The position numbers and the translations under genes were made by a program. This document shows positions 1 to 14,224 of a DNA stretch of 64,000 nt, piece after piece. The stretch is from the human T2T-CHM13v2.0 reference genome, Homo sapiens. Location of the stretch: assembly GCF_009914755.1 (NCBI RefSeq), contig NC_060925.1, one strand, 5' to 3'. Each line of letters opens with the position of its first letter. The first letter of the stretch is position 1. The notes under the pieces were generated by a model. The model did not search any database and had not been told where the DNA came from. It worked only from the letters and a program-made list of their open reading frames with translations.

Positions 1-300
1 CTCCCAAAATTCATATGTTGAAATTCGTTTAACCCCCAGTGTGATGGTATTTGGAAGTGGGACCTTTGGGAGAGAATTAGGTTTAGATGAGGCCATGAAA
101 TGGGGGTCCTCTGCCATGGGAAGAGGATGTAGCCAGAAGGCTGACATCTGCGAGCCAGGAAGAGGGCCCTCACCCAGAACCACATCTGCCAGCACCTTGA
201 TCTTAGACTTCCAGTCTCCGGAACTGTGAGAAATAAAGGTCTGTTGTTTAAGACACCCAGTCTATGGCATTTCATTTTAGCGGCTGGTGCAGACTAATAT
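1..300. mobile_element. ERVL-MaLR solo LTR fragment (MLT1A-like)
   Basis: Typical MLT1 motifs: CAGCACCTTGATCTTAGACTTCCAG...GAACTGTGAGAAATAAA...TTGTTTAAG-CACCCAGTCTATGG. Confidence 0.75.
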
Positions 301-329
301 GGTAAGATTGTATGTTATTGTATTTACAT

Positions 330-913
330 ACAATAACTGAAAATACAAGTTCAATGAACAGATATAATCTCAAGTTTAACACAGCTGAAGAAGACATTAA
401 TGAACTGGAAAGCAGATCAGAAGAAATAATCCAGAACACAGTGGTTAAAACTTGGCAGAAGCAGAATAAAGGGTAAAAGAGGATGAGAAGAAAACAGACA
501 TTTCATTGGAATTACAGGTGGGAAATGAGAGAGGGAGGGAGGGAGGGGGGAGAGAGAGGGGGAGGGAGGGAGGGGGGAGAGAGGGGGAGGGGGGAGAGAG
601 GGGGAGGGGGGAGAGAGGGGGAGGGAGGGGGGAGAGAGGGGGGAGAGGGGGAGGGAGGGGGGAGGGAGGGGGGAGAGAGAGGGGGAGGGAGGGGGAGAGA
701 GAGGGGGAGGGAGGGAGGGGGGAGAGAGAGGGGGAGGGAGGGGGGAGAGAGAGGGGGAGGGAGGGGGGAGAGAGAGGGGGAGGGAGGGGGAGGGAGGGGG
801 GAGAGAGAGGGGGAGGGAGGGGGGAGAGAGAGGGGGAGGGAGGGGGGAGAGAGAGGGGGAGGGAGGGGGGAGAGAGAGGGGGAGGGGGGGAGAGAGAGGG
901 GGAGGGAGGGAGG

Positions 914-946
<33 letters not shown>

Positions 947-1150
947 GCTAAGGCAACACTTGAGGAGAGAAAGGCAGAAGATACCCAGACCTGATAGAAT
1001 ATATCAATCCACAGATTCAAGAAACCCAACAAATCCCAAACAGCAAAAAATAAAAAGAAAGTCATGTCTAGACATATCACAGGAAAACTGCAGAAAACTA
1101 AAGAAAAAGTCTTAAAAATGTAGAGCCGAAATAACCAAACTAGCAGCTGG
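330..1150 (+). mobile_element. Old L1 (L1M-type) ORF1-region fragment interrupted by a GA-rich repeat
   Basis: A-rich ORF1-like sequence (ACAGCTGAAGAA...GAACTGGAA; CACAGATTCAAGAA...AGACATATCA...AAACTG) on both sides of the purine tract. Confidence 0.6.
527..947. repeat. 421-bp uninterrupted polypurine (GGGA/GA) tandem repeat
   Basis: No C or T on the + strand from 527 to 947. GGGAGGG and GAGAGA units end in (GA)n. Confidence 0.95.
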
Positions 1151-1199
1151 GAGGGCAGTACAGGCTCCAGCTGTCTCACAATATCCAAACGTTTGCTAG

Positions 1200-1560
1200 T
1201 GTGTAAACTAAATGAAAATATTTTTCATTTCTTGCCCAGAAATCTGGGCTTATGGATGGTGTTATAAGAAAATCTTGGAGATGGGAAACAAAAGAAAATA
1301 ACATATTAGCCATCCTCCAAGTGTAGATGGTGGGCTTGGGTTTACTGAACATTTTAATAAATCATCTGAAAAGGGGAAAATGTCTGAACTATAAGTACTA
1401 TTAAGTCTTCAAGAATAAACAGCAAGACCCTGTGTGGCAGGTCAGCTTCAGCGTTGGAACATGTAAGTTAAAAGGTACGTGAAAATGGACCCAACGATAT
1501 AATAAAATCATGGGCCTGGACCCTCAGTTACATTGCAGGAAAGAATCAGTAATTCACATC
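1200..1560 (+). mobile_element. Degenerate CR1/L3 LINE reverse-transcriptase remnant
   Basis: AACATTTTAATAAATCATCTG resembles the CR1 RT motif FNIFINDL. Flanking sequence is consistent but highly decayed. Confidence 0.45.
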
Positions 1561-2233
1561 TAAATCAGGCCCAAACAAACCAAAAATGTATCAATGTTCT
1601 GTGTCCATACTCTGAAAAGTTTGGAGTGAGTTTTGACTCAACAAGTACTTTTCCTCCCTGAATGGATCCAATGAGATGGATGTTTCTGTGTCACGAAGAT
1701 CGATGCTCACCCACATCCTTAGGTCCCAACAGCTCCAGTTGAAGGGACACATTACCCAGGGAATGAGGCCATAGTTACCTTGGGGTGACCTCCAGGAAGA
1801 CTTGCCCGCACACCCAGCTCCTTTCCTTGCCCTGGACAGCCCCAGCTGCCGGCACACCCCTTGCAGATTTACTACTCTGTTCCCATGGCTGTCTCCAGCC
1901 ACCTCTAGTTTCTCAGCCTTTAATGCATTTTCTACATCTGTACAAGATTTATTCGAGGCAGGGAGATTTATTTAGCACATTTATGCTCAACAGAGAAGAC
2001 AATTCCTCACAGAGTTCTGATCTCATTTGCCGTTAGAAGCCTGAATGAGATTGCCTGGCTGATGGGCAGTGACAGTTGGCTGGTTCTGGGTAGGAGTGGA
2101 TATGGGAACCTGCCGTTACATACATGTGATATTTGTGTGTAATACATGAAGGTCTATGTGGCAGGTTAATGTGTATTTTTTTTAATGTGTGAGTATTCTT
2201 GTGTGGGTATGTGTGTGAATTTCTGAACAATGA

Positions 2234-2554
<321 letters not shown>

Positions 2555-4039
2555 TAGGTGTTTTTAATTATGCATATACCCCAGTGTTAGCATGGTCCAT
2601 CTGAGCATATGAACATCTGTGTGGAAGGATGTGAAAGTCTGTGTAATATGATGTGATATGTACACATGTGTGAATATAGAAATATGAGCTTTGATAAATG
2701 GCTGCAAGTACTTAGTGAGATTATGTGTGTTCAATCACTCATCCATATCTGTATAACTGATGGGAGTATGATCTGTTACCAGCCTAAGGATTCTTTTCAA
2801 ATGGTAAACCAAATCATCTCTCCTCAGCTTAAAATTTTCCAAGGACTCCCATTGCACTTGGTATGAAACCCCTACTGTTTAATCTGACCTCAGCAGTCCA
2901 GGCCTCCCACTTCACTGGCCGCAGCTCTGCTCTCTCACCTTCACACACTGCTCTGGTCACACTGGCCTCCCACATGTCCCCTCCAGACACCCTCAGACTG
3001 GCCGGCCCCCTCCCCCACTGCCCAGCATGCTCTGCCCTGAGCACCACCCCAATAATCTCAATGTCTCCTCTTTATGAGAGGTCACTCATGATCTCAGCCT
3101 GCTTCGCCTCCTTCAGAGCACTTACTACCATCTGAAGTTATCTTGTTCAGAACTCACCTTGTTTATTGTCTGTCCATGCCTCCCAAGAAAATGCCAGGTG
3201 CTCAGAGAGGGCCATGGCTTTCTTGTTTATTACAGCATCCCCTGAACAGTGCTGGGTGCACAGGAGGGCCCAGTAGTTAACTGTTGAATGAGGACTGTGT
3301 ATGTGTGACCATATGATGTCTGCATATGTGCACTAGGATGTCTACTAAGGAAAAATAAGATGTGGTGAATACTGAGCACGTTGGGCACATGAATGAGTCT
3401 GTATGACCATATATTTAACGTGCAGTCATTCATTTAACAAATTACTTTCAAGTAAGTGTGTGCCAAACACACTAATAGGCCCTGCTCTCATTGAGCTTAC
3501 AGTCTTGTGGGAGAGACACACACTAAATAATTATATATATAATTAATATATATTATAATAATTATATAATATATATACACAATTGAAAATTATGTGAAGA
3601 CTATTAATGCAAAGCATAGACAGCCATGAAAGTATTTGACCAGGGACCACAGTTGAGTTGGGAGCTCAGCAAAGTCTTTCCCAAGGGGCTGGAGTCACTC
3701 TGAGATCTTCAGGGACTCAGGGAAAGGCTGGGCTTTTCTGTTTCTAACCCACATGTGGATATGTGCACTTGCAAATGTTATCACTAGAGGTCCTGGACAC
3801 CGAGCAGGAAGAATCCCAGTCCTCAAGAATGGGACATACTCATTCACTGATACCCAAATGGATTTCTCACATGATCTGCTGGCTGGTTCCCTTCCACCTT
3901 ACCCCATTTCCTCTAACCGGTCCAAGCAGCCAGGCTAATAATCCTGAAACAACACCTAGAGGACCAAATTAAAGCTCTCCAGCTTAGGGTCAAGCCACCT
4001 GTCATCTGACCCTAGCTTGAATAGTAATCATTCCTAACC

Positions 4040-4260
4040 TCTTTTGAGCATTTACCATGTGTTAGGTGCATTACACTGTGCTAAACACTTTGCATCTTTC
4101 CATTTAATCCTCACAGCCAGTTTAGGCAGGCGTTACTATGTCTATTTTACAGATGAGGAAACTGATAACTTGTCCTTCTAGTCATCTCACTAGTAATTGA
4201 CAAGCCAGGTTCAATCCCAACCCAACTCACTTCAAAGGCCAGTCTCACTAAGGCCACCGC
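4040..4260. mobile_element. MIR SINE
   Basis: MIR core ATTTAATCCTCACA...ATTTTACAGATGAGGAAACTGA. Confidence 0.7.
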
Positions 4261-4999
4261 CTTTCCACCCCTGCAGCCAGTTGGATGTCTCACTGTTGCT
4301 CCAGCCCAGGGTACGCAGGCTGTGGTCCTAACTACAGAATGCCCATCTTCCTCCCTTCCCCCCACCCAATTCAGAGTCTGCTCAAGTCCCACTTCCCACA
4401 TTCAACCACATTTATTGAACCAGGTGCCCTCCAGGGAGTTGGGGACAAGGAAATAGATGAGATGCCATCCTGGCCTGGAGGAGCCCATGGGGCAGAGAAT
4501 CCTTCCCAAAGCCAGCTCTTAGCTCAACATCCATCCTTTCCCACCCTCTCTGAACTCCTCTACTCAGCTTACAAACCTTCTCCCCATCCATGGGTATCTG
4601 TCTGTCTGTTTGCATATCTTACAACACCTAGCATGCAGACCCTCATTCAATTCATTCTGATTCTGTTCCTCTTTACCTTTCTTGCTGAAGCTTCTGCTTA
4701 AACAATTGGCATGAATCTTGCATTTCAGATCAGACAACCGGCTCAGCTTTTTGGATATAATAGTGCTGATCAAAACAGAAGCTTTTCCCAGGCTAGCATT
4801 TTGGCTTCAATAATAGAAGGCTACACTGAAATCAAATTCATGATATTGCTAACAGCTCCTCCTCACTCCCTGGACCTGAACACCAGCCATGACAGGTATA
4901 AAAAAGTAAGTTCAGCTCTAAATTTCACAAACATAATGCTGAGTGAGAAAAAGCAAGTTAAAGAATATAGACTATAAAATACTGTTTATGTAAAAGCTT

Positions 5000-5381
5000 T
5001 GCTATGGTTTGGCCCTATGTCCCCACCCAAATCTCATGTCTAATTGTAATCCCCACATGTTGAAGGAGAGGCCTGGTGGGAGGTGACTGAATCATGGGGG
5101 CAGACTTCCCCCTTGCTGTTCTCATGATAGAGTTCTCATGAGATCCGATTGTTTGAAAGAGTGTAGCACTTCCACCTTTGTTCTCTCTCTCTCCTGCTCT
5201 GGCCATGTGAATACAGTACCTGCTTCTCCTTCACTTTCTGCCACGATTGTAGATTTCCTGAGGCCTCCCAGCCATGCCTACTGTACAGCCTGTGGAACTG
5301 TGAGTTGATTAAATCTCTCTTCTTCATAAGTTACCCAGTCTCAGGTAGTTCTTTACAGCAGTGTGAGAACAGACAAATACA
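5000..5381. mobile_element. MaLR solo LTR (THE1/MST-type)
   Basis: TG...CA termini: TGCTATGGTTTGG...CCCACCCAAATCTCATG through TTACCCAGTCTCAGGTAGTTCTTTA...AATACA. Confidence 0.85.
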
Positions 5382-5396
5382 GGTTTTAAATACATA

Positions 5397-5905
5397 TGTG
5401 GCAGATTCTCATCTCCCATCCCACATGTTCTTCTGATAATGTGACTTTGATGTTGAGAGAGAGGGTCTGTGTACCCTCTCCTTGAAATTGATGGATTTTG
5501 TTACTGCTTTGACCAGTAAATTATGGCAGAAGTGACGCTACATGACTAAGGCTAGGTAATGAAAATGTAATGCACTTCCACCTTGTTCTCTTAGGCACTT
5601 ATTCTTGGAGACCAGCCACCATGCTGTGAGGAAGCTCAAGAAGTCCATGGAGGGATCCATATGGAGAAGAACAGAAAGCCCTGGCCCACAGTCCCCACTG
5701 AATTCCCAGCTGATGGCCAGCCCCAACTCGCCATGTGAATGAGCTATGTTGAAAGTAGATCCTCCAGGGGCCCCAAAGAAACAGACACCATGTGGAACAG
5801 AGATGAACCATCCCAGCTGAGCCCTGCTCAAACTGTAGATTTCTGATCAAAGTAAATGATTGTTTTTGTTTTAGGCCACTAATTTGAGGTGGTTTATTAT
5901 AAGGT
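5397..5905. mobile_element. MaLR solo LTR (MLT1-type)
   Basis: TGGCAGAAGTGACG, CCACCATGCTGTGAGGAAGC, CCCAGCTGAGCCC, TTTTAGGCCACTAATTTG motifs. Confidence 0.7.
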
Positions 5906-6105
5906 GTTTCATATTGTCAGGTAAACCCGACACTATATGATTTATGAAATATGAACAGCAAAATCATCATGGGTGCTTTTGAGGAAGTGGATAAGGAGTA
6001 AAATCTCCAAAAGGGATTTTAGCTTTACCTGTGATGGCTTACATACATACCTACATTTTTATAAAGAAGAATGTGTACATATATTATTTGTGTTGTTCTT
6101 AACTA

Positions 6106-6576
<471 letters not shown>

Positions 6577-7499
6577 TCAGATTTAGCTCTGTGATTTGGA
6601 GACTGCATCTGTTTCTTTCACCATCTCTCCAACTCTCCACCTCTTCTCTTCTTTCATCTTTTCATTCCAAGGCTCACCCAGTGCCCCTCCCTCTCTGAGA
6701 TCCTGTTTTCATACGGCTCCCTTAATGTTCATGTCCCTCCCTGAAATCTGTATTCAGTCTCTTTCTCTGGGGCTTCCCCCCTCCCTATAGGCCTCGAGAG
6801 GTACTGTCCTTAGTCCTTTACAAGGTCAGTCCCTTCACTTAACCCCTCCTGCCTCTGATAGGATCCTGCTCGCCAACTGTCCCCAAACTTCCTTCTACCT
6901 TCAACTCACTTTGCCTCTCCCATCTACAGATAAGCTCAAGTTTGTACCATTTATAAATTAAAACACAGATGACCTCCAGCTACCCACATGCATCTCTTCT
7001 TCCCAATACAGACGTGTGGCTGTTCCCTGCTGCCACGTTCAGAGTCTCCACCCCCCACCCAACTACTGACCCAACGCCCTACATTCTGACACACATCGCC
7101 CTACATTCTGAACCCTTCTTAACCAATGAAACAGCTTTCAGAGGTCCCCAGTGGCCTCTGAAATGCCGGTTCTCAAGGACACTTCTGCCCCATCTGCCTT
7201 GGCCATGCAAGCATTTGCCAAGGGCCACACCCCTTCTGCCCTCTCTCCCTTGCTCTGGGGCGACGCCCATCTCTCACTCCCCTCCTACTGCTCCTTCCCT
7301 CCGCTCAGCTTCTTCTCCTTAGCTGCTGAGCAGGAGGAGAAGCTGGTCCCACTGGTGTCAGCATCCCCCAGAGGTCTCTGCCGACTCCCTTCTCTGTCTC
7401 CCTCCTGTTCCCTTCCTACAGCTGCCTTGATGGTGAAGACTCCCTCTCTTCTCCTAGGGCTTGGGCCTCCCCTGAACACCAGCCCTCCCCCCACCAATT

Positions 7500-8360
7500 G
7501 CAGCTGTTTATTGGTAATTACCCAAAGGTACCTCAAACTCCCCATATCCAAACTAAACTAATTCTTTCCCTCAAATCAGGCCCAGTCTTGCTCCTATATT
7601 TCCCTTCTCAGCTCCAGGCACCATCATTGACTCAGTTGTCTGGTTCGGAGGCTTAGAAATCATCACAGAGCTTCCTTTTGCTTTATCTCCCACTTATAAT
7701 TGGTTAGCAAGTTTGGTGCATTACTCTTCCTAATTAGCTCTCAAATGCAGACTCTGTCTCCCAGAGGCCCAGGCCCTCATCATTTCTCACCTAGATTCCA
7801 CAATTACCTCCTAACTACTTTCCCTGCAGTCTGCACCACTCCCCTTCAAACCAGGAGTCACATGTCTGCCAGAGTGAACTTTCTAAAAGGCACATCTGGT
7901 CATATCATGTCCCTGCTTAATATCCTTCAATGGAAAAAACTCCAAACTCCTTAGCCCAGCATTCAAGGCCCTTCATGATCCAGCCTCCTCCCTTCTTTCT
8001 AGCTTCAACCCCTCCCAGGCCCTCACTCAGATTCCAGGCTTCCTTCAGCCCTCAATGCTGTGCCACACTTTTCTACTGTCATCCATGTTGCTTTCTCTGC
8101 CGAGAATGCCCCTATTCATCAAACGACCTCTACTCCTCCCTCAAAACATCTATCAAATGTCACCTCCTCTGGAAGACCAGTTCTTAGCATGACCAGTGTT
8201 CCCTCCTTCTGAATCCCATATCGCTGTACTGAACTAATAGTTTGCATGTCAGTTTCCCCAGGATATGCACTCTCTGAAAGGAGGGGCCATGGCTATTTGT
8301 TTCTATATCCCAGAGCCCAGCACAGGCCTGCACTTAGTTGGGCCTCCATACATTTTGCCT
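7500..8360 (-). mobile_element. L2 LINE 3' fragments
   Basis: L2 hallmarks CCAGAGTGAACTTTCTAAAA, AAACTCCAAACTCCTTAGC, AAATGTCACCTCCTCTGGAAG. Confidence 0.65.
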
Positions 8361-8568
8361 AAATATAGAGCTTCCTAAAATCAAACCTGAAAATTCAGAG
8401 GATTCAAATTAATATAGGCCATTATGTAATTGGTGCTGAAATGGGGAACTAGAACATACCAGTTTCTGCCCCTAGGAGCCATAGAAAATTGGACCTACCT
8501 ATGGAATCTTTGTGAATGATTCTTTCTCTCATACATAGAACCTTTTGATGATTAAATTTGCCACTGTT

Positions 8569-8722
8569 GGCCAGGTATGGAGGCTCATGCCTGTAATGCC
8601 AACACTCTGGGAGGCCAAGGCAGGAGATCACTTGAGCCCAAGAGGATGAGGCTGAAGTGAGCTATGATCATGCCGCTGCCCTCCAGCCTGGGAAACAAAG
8701 TGAGACCCTGTCTCAAAAAAAC
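8569..8722 (+). mobile_element. Alu monomer (FRAM/AluJ-like)
   Basis: Single ~150-bp Alu arm ending GTGAGACCCTGTCTCAAAAAAA. Confidence 0.8.
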
Positions 8723-11059
8723 CCACAACATTATCACTGTTATAACCAATGGGGCAAGAAGATGGGAAGGGAATGAGAAGGTGCCCAAGGGGAGAAAGAG
8801 AGAGTTACCCCAAATCCTACTTAACCACACAATTGGCATTATTCCCACTCATTCCCAGCTTCTTCCTTGCCCCTCTCTGCTTTTCTCCATCTAAAAACAT
8901 TCCCAGAGAGTTGAAGCCCTTGCCCCTATCCAACACCTGTGGTGCTGTCCAACAAGCAAATTCCTGAAGACAAAGGGGCATGCAGAGTGGTGGTGTGATC
9001 CCATCATTCTAGAGCTTGCATGTGGATTTCCGTAAACTCCACTGCCTATTGTAGGCCCTGGGAAAATAGGGCTGGGCTAAGCTGGCAGGTGATTTGAGGA
9101 GCAAGAGAAGAACCCTTGACAAAAACACTGTTTCCCCATCACTGCTTCTACCTGAAGCCACCATGATGCCTCTGACATGGGTCTCTGTTCAAGCCCTCCC
9201 TCAAATGCAGTCCAGCTAATGCCTCAGTGAGGTGTTAGATCACTCCAAATGGCCAGATCCTCCCCACCCCTGGTCCCACCCTGGCTCCTGGTCTCACCTA
9301 GATCAAGCCACACCCCTCCTCCTGCCCCCAGCCACAGCCAAGCCATAAGAAGCTCACTTTCCCTTGCTGCCCACAACCCTCTCACCCTCCTAGGAGCCGC
9401 CCCTCCCACTGCCATCCCTGAAAGCTGCATAAGGGATCCTCCCTCCATCCAAACTGCCCCAGAGGTGAGAGGGAGAGTTAAAGGGAAGAGTCCTGGGGTC
9501 AGAGCCCAGGAAATTAAAAGTGAGAGCCAGCAGCTGCGGAGAATCCTCCACCGCCACTGGTGTCTCGTCTTATTTAACTGGAGAAATCCCCAGAGCAGGG
9601 TCCTTAACTTCTCCTGCCATGGCCCCGCTGGCAGCAGGGAGCACTCAGGAAATGTTAAGTAAAATATCTACGAGGCTCCCCGCTGAAAGCCCTTCATCCT
9701 TAGGCGGATAAAAAGCTTCAGACCAGAGTGTATGATCTTGAGCCCTGAGGGCAAAGGCATGAGCTTGGCCCAGATTCAAAAAGGAACAGAGAGCAGGACC
9801 AGCCTAATGATCGGTGGGCAGGGATGTTGTCCTCTGGGTAAGGGGACGGCAGGTCCTCAGATGGCTGCTTGGATGACTCCCCAGCCATAGACATGTGTGG
9901 CACCAAGCATCCCCACTCCCCTGCCAGTCTGGGCTAGTAGCACCAATAAATCAGCTGAGCAGTCAGGGGATGGAAGGATTCATGTCTCCCAGCACCGCCT
10001 GGCCAGTGAGGCAGGACTCAGGGTGCCTGGAGCAGATATAAGCAATGCTGCTTGCTTGAGAGCAATTATGAGCCTCCGTGGGGATCAGATCCAAGACCGT
10101 GACCTCATCAGCTACCCCTTCAAAAAGCCAACCATGGAGCTGCTGACAGCTCCACCTGATGAGGCCAGGGCCACGGTGGCTGGTGAGCCACAGCCTTCCT
10201 ACTCCTCTGAAATCCAGCCTCCCAGACCACTCTGCCCAGAGCCAGCCCAGCCCAGCCACCTCTGTAGCTCCCTGGGTCCCTGTCTTGCCTTGCCAGTGAG
10301 ACTGACCTCTTGGAGGTTAGGTAGCATTCCCTGCCGTATTTCTCCCCAGCTGCCGGCTGGGAGCCAGGCACACGGGGGTATTCAAGGGAGCACGTTGGCT
10401 GACTGAGCAATCTGACGACAGGGTTGGCAGAGCATGATGGGTTGGCTTGTGCATGACTTCTGACTGCCCCTCCCCTGCCTGGCTCAAACACGCCCCCACA
10501 GTGGGAAACACAGAGGTACCATCTACGTGGGCATAAACACAAAAAGTTAAATAACAAGCTAAGCCAGCAACAGAAAGGTGTCACAAGGCAGAATACAGCT
10601 CATTGTGAAAGGAGGCAGATGGACAAGAAGGGCACAGGTCAGGGAGGAGATGACCATGGTCTAAGTTAGGAAAGCTTCAAGAAGAAGTGTGATTTAATCT
10701 GAACCTTAAAGGGGGTGGCTTGAATCAGCAAAAAGGCTGCTAGAGAGATTTCCAGGTGAAGAACACACCTGGACATAGGCGTGGAGTGGCAAAGCACGGA
10801 GCGGATTCGGGCCTGGGTGAACTCCTAAACAACTGAGGCACGGGCTCTCTGAGGGTGGGGACAACCGAGAGTCAAGGCCACGGAGCTAGCGTGGAGCTGA
10901 TCATGGACTAGCCTATACCCTAGATGCGGGGTGGACTTGATCCAATAGGTAGGTGATGGTGGCAACAGGGATCCAATTAGCTACAAACCCAGCCCTTCTG
11001 CTTTAAGAGGAAACTCACAAGTGAAGGGTCCATGCCTGGGCCTTCAACAGAGGTGGCAA

Positions 11060-12190
11060 TCATGCCCACAAATCAATAAGAAGAAGATGACCTAGTAGAA
11101 ACATGAGCAGAAGACCTAAATAGTAGCTTCAATAAAGGATATCCAAACGGCCAATAAGCATTTGGAAAGGGGCTCAATTATTTTAGTCATCAGGGAAGTG
11201 CATGTTGAAATGGAAGAGAGATGCCATGTACGCCCACCAGAATGGCTAAAGTAAAAAGACAGAGAATACCAAAACATGGAGGAGCAGGAATTCGCCATCA
11301 CTACTGGTGGGAGTGTAAGTTGGCAAAAGCATTTTGGAAAATGCATACCCTACAATGACCAAGCAAAACATACATACCCCGTGACCTAGCTAGAGAAATG
11401 TGCTTCCCAAAAGGCATGACAAGTATGTTCGCAGCAGCACTAGTCATAACAACCCCAGACTGGAAACAACACAAATGTCATTAACAGTGGAATGGACAAA
11501 TCAGTTGAAGCACAATGACACAAGGAAATACAACACATCAATGTGGATAAACCATAACTACATGCAACAACAGGGTGCATTTCACAAACATCACACAGGG
11601 GAAGAAGCCAGTCACAAAAGAGTGTATACTGGCGAATGTGGTGGCTCTCGCCTGTAATCCCAGCATTTTGGGGAGGTGGAGGCAGAAGGATTGCTTGAAC
11701 CTAGGAATTTGAGACTAGCCTGGGCAATATAGCAAGACCCCATCTCTACAAAAAATATTTTAAAAATAGCTGAACGTGGTGGTGCATGCCTGTGGTCCCA
11801 GCTACTTGGGAGGCTGAGGTGGGAGGACTGCTTAAGCTGAAGGAGGTCAAGACTTCAGTGAGCCACGATGGTGCCACTGCACTCCAGCATGGATGACAGA
11901 GTGAGACCCTGTTTAAAAAAAAAAAAAAAAAAGAGTGTATACTATATTATTCCAGTTCAAAAACAAGCAAACCTTTTCTATAGTGCTAGAAGCCATGCTT
12001 GGGGGAAATTGAGGCATTTCCCATTCACTAAGGATCATTTCCAACCTCTAGAGTGCTGGTGATGTTCTATTTCTTGGTCTGGCTGAAGGTTACCCAGGTG
12101 TGCTCGGTTTGTGTATATTCATCCAACTATCAACACTTAGGATTTGTTCACTCTTCTGTGTACATATCATATTAACTATTTATGTTATAT
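11060..12190 (+). mobile_element. Old L1 (L1ME-like) 3' region, split by an Alu
   Basis: L1 3' motifs CCAATAAGCAT, CACCAGAATGGCTAAA, CTGGTGGGAGTGTAA, GGAAACAAC-CAAATGTC. Confidence 0.7.
11631..11932 (+). mobile_element. AluJ-type inserted in L1, 15-bp TSD
   Basis: Alu dimer with poly-A. TSD AAAAGAGTGTATACT on both sides. Confidence 0.9.
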
Positions 12191-12224
12191 ATTATAATAC
12201 ATATTTTACTGAAATATATTACAG

Positions 12225-12790
12225 TAAAAAATTTTAATGTATTTTTGTATATATTTAGGTGTACAATGTGACATTTTAATATACATATATATAGTGAAAT
12301 CATTACTACAGGTAAGCAGATTAGCCTACCTGTCCCCTTCCATAGTTATCTTTGCTCTTCGCAAATGTTCAGCACATGATTCGGTATGATTAACTGTAGT
12401 CTTCCTCCTGTAGATGAGCTACTAGTCCTGCTCATCCTACATGACTGCAAGTTGTACCTTTGACCTCCTTCTCCCCATCCCTGGTAACCATTGATCTACT
12501 CTCCGTTTCTATTTATTCAGCTTTTTTTTTTTTCAATTCCACATATAAGTGAGATTATACAGTATTTGTTATTCTGTGTCTGGCTTATTTCAGTTAACAT
12601 AATGTCCTCCAGGTTCATCCATGCTGTCACAAAAAAACAGCATCTCCTTCTTTTTTAAATGGCTAAATAACATTCCATCGTGTATATGCGCCATATTTTC
12701 TTTATCCATTCATCAGTGAACTTTAAGTTGTTCCCATATCTTGGCTATTGTGAATAGCGCTGCCATGAACATGGGGGTGCAGGTGTCTCC
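12225..12790 (-). mobile_element. L1 (L1MA/MB-like) 3' end, antisense
   Basis: TTCCACATATAAGTGAGAT, TCTGGCTTATTTCA, TCCAGGTTCATCCATG, TTGGCTATTGTGAATAG. Confidence 0.8.
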
Positions 12791-14224
12791 ACTAGCTGAA
12801 AAGGGAGCATGTGTAGAACTGTGTCCACGGGAATTTGTCTCTGGGTGTCTCTGCTCCAATGTGCCCCTCACCCGTGATGTATTTGGTTTCAGTTGGTTAG
12901 TGAGTTACTTCCTTTGGCCCCTTTATTCTGACTTACCATGTCACTCAGCATGTTGTGAAGCCTACCTTCTGTCCCCACAGGCCATGATGTTCTGATGAAA
13001 TGCCCCATCCTGACTGATCCATCTCTAACTCACTGACTTCTAGCACTGACACCCAACCCCCCTCTCTGGCACCTGATGCCCTCCAGGACACAGCAGGGGG
13101 GATGACATGCTCAAAAGGTATTCCAGGAATATCTGTGCAGCAGTGGGCTGTGGACAGGGTTGGGGGAGTGACCAGCCTAAACTAGGACAAGGGCAGTGGC
13201 ATGCAAAGGAGGACATGGAAGCCGGGAAGAGAGAGGTTAGACCCAGTGGTCGCCTGTGAGGGGAAGTCTGAGAGTTCAGCCCTGTCCTGGCAAACCTGTC
13301 GATGAAGTGGCCACCTGAACAAACAGTGCATTTCCTCCTAAGGAGTAAAATAAACTAAAATAGAGCCATTTCCCACTCACCTGGCTGGTATTCATCATTC
13401 TCTTGGTACAGTTCAGTTATAGGTTAAGAGAAATAGAAGAGGGGGCTGTTTAGAAGAACCAGATCTGCACCAGTGCCCCCCACCACCACCTGCTATTCCA
13501 GGCCCCCATCCTAACACCTCCATTGCTCACACCAACAGAATTCCATTAGCAATGTGGAGAATCAGTTGAGTTTAATTATTCAAATCCAGGCATCAGGGGC
13601 TTTTAAATGAACCCATTCTTTCTTCCAGAATTCTAAAGTCACCAATATTTTAAAAATAAAAGGTCTCAGATCTCCTGGTCTCTCTTGTCAGTGGACACAC
13701 TGGCATCAGCCCTTCGTTGACCCAGCTTCTTTCCCAGGTAATTCACCGCATCACCCCACCTCACCACATGAAGGGATGCTTGGGCGGGGTGGAAAAGAAA
13801 GTTTGAGGGAAATGCTACCCTTGGAAGCCGGTGTCTGGGTGAGATGCCTGCATTATTCCTTTTTAATGCTGGGTTGCAAACTACACCGAGTGTTTTATTT
13901 CAATCCACACTGAAGCATATTTCAGGGCAAATTTCCTATTGCCTGTCACAGCTCAGGGGAAAAATGAATGCACATTTCCCCAGCTCCATTAACTAGGGAA
14001 ACAGGCTCACATTGCTAGAAGGCATGTTTCCTGCAAGCAAGGCGAGGGAATGAGATCATCCGGACACAGTCTCAGAGGCTCTGGGGCATGGGGGTGTGCA
14101 GATGCAGGAGCTCTCACCCTCTACACTCCTGGGGAGGAGTGCTCCTGCCAGGAAGCCCCCAGGGTAGGGGCAAGCACATCCACCAGAGAGAGGGTCCGCC
14201 CGGGAGGACATGACCCTGGGCCCC

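Noticed and set aside
445-1188. Long Pro/Ser/Leu-rich and Gly/Arg/Glu-rich ORFs (247, 210 and 162 aa)
   Set aside because: Translations of the stop-free GA repeat, not genes.
9897-10406. 169-aa plus-strand ORF with an internal GTGAGC donor
   Set aside because: GTG start, no recognisable domain and no convincing acceptor. Consistent with a chance ORF.
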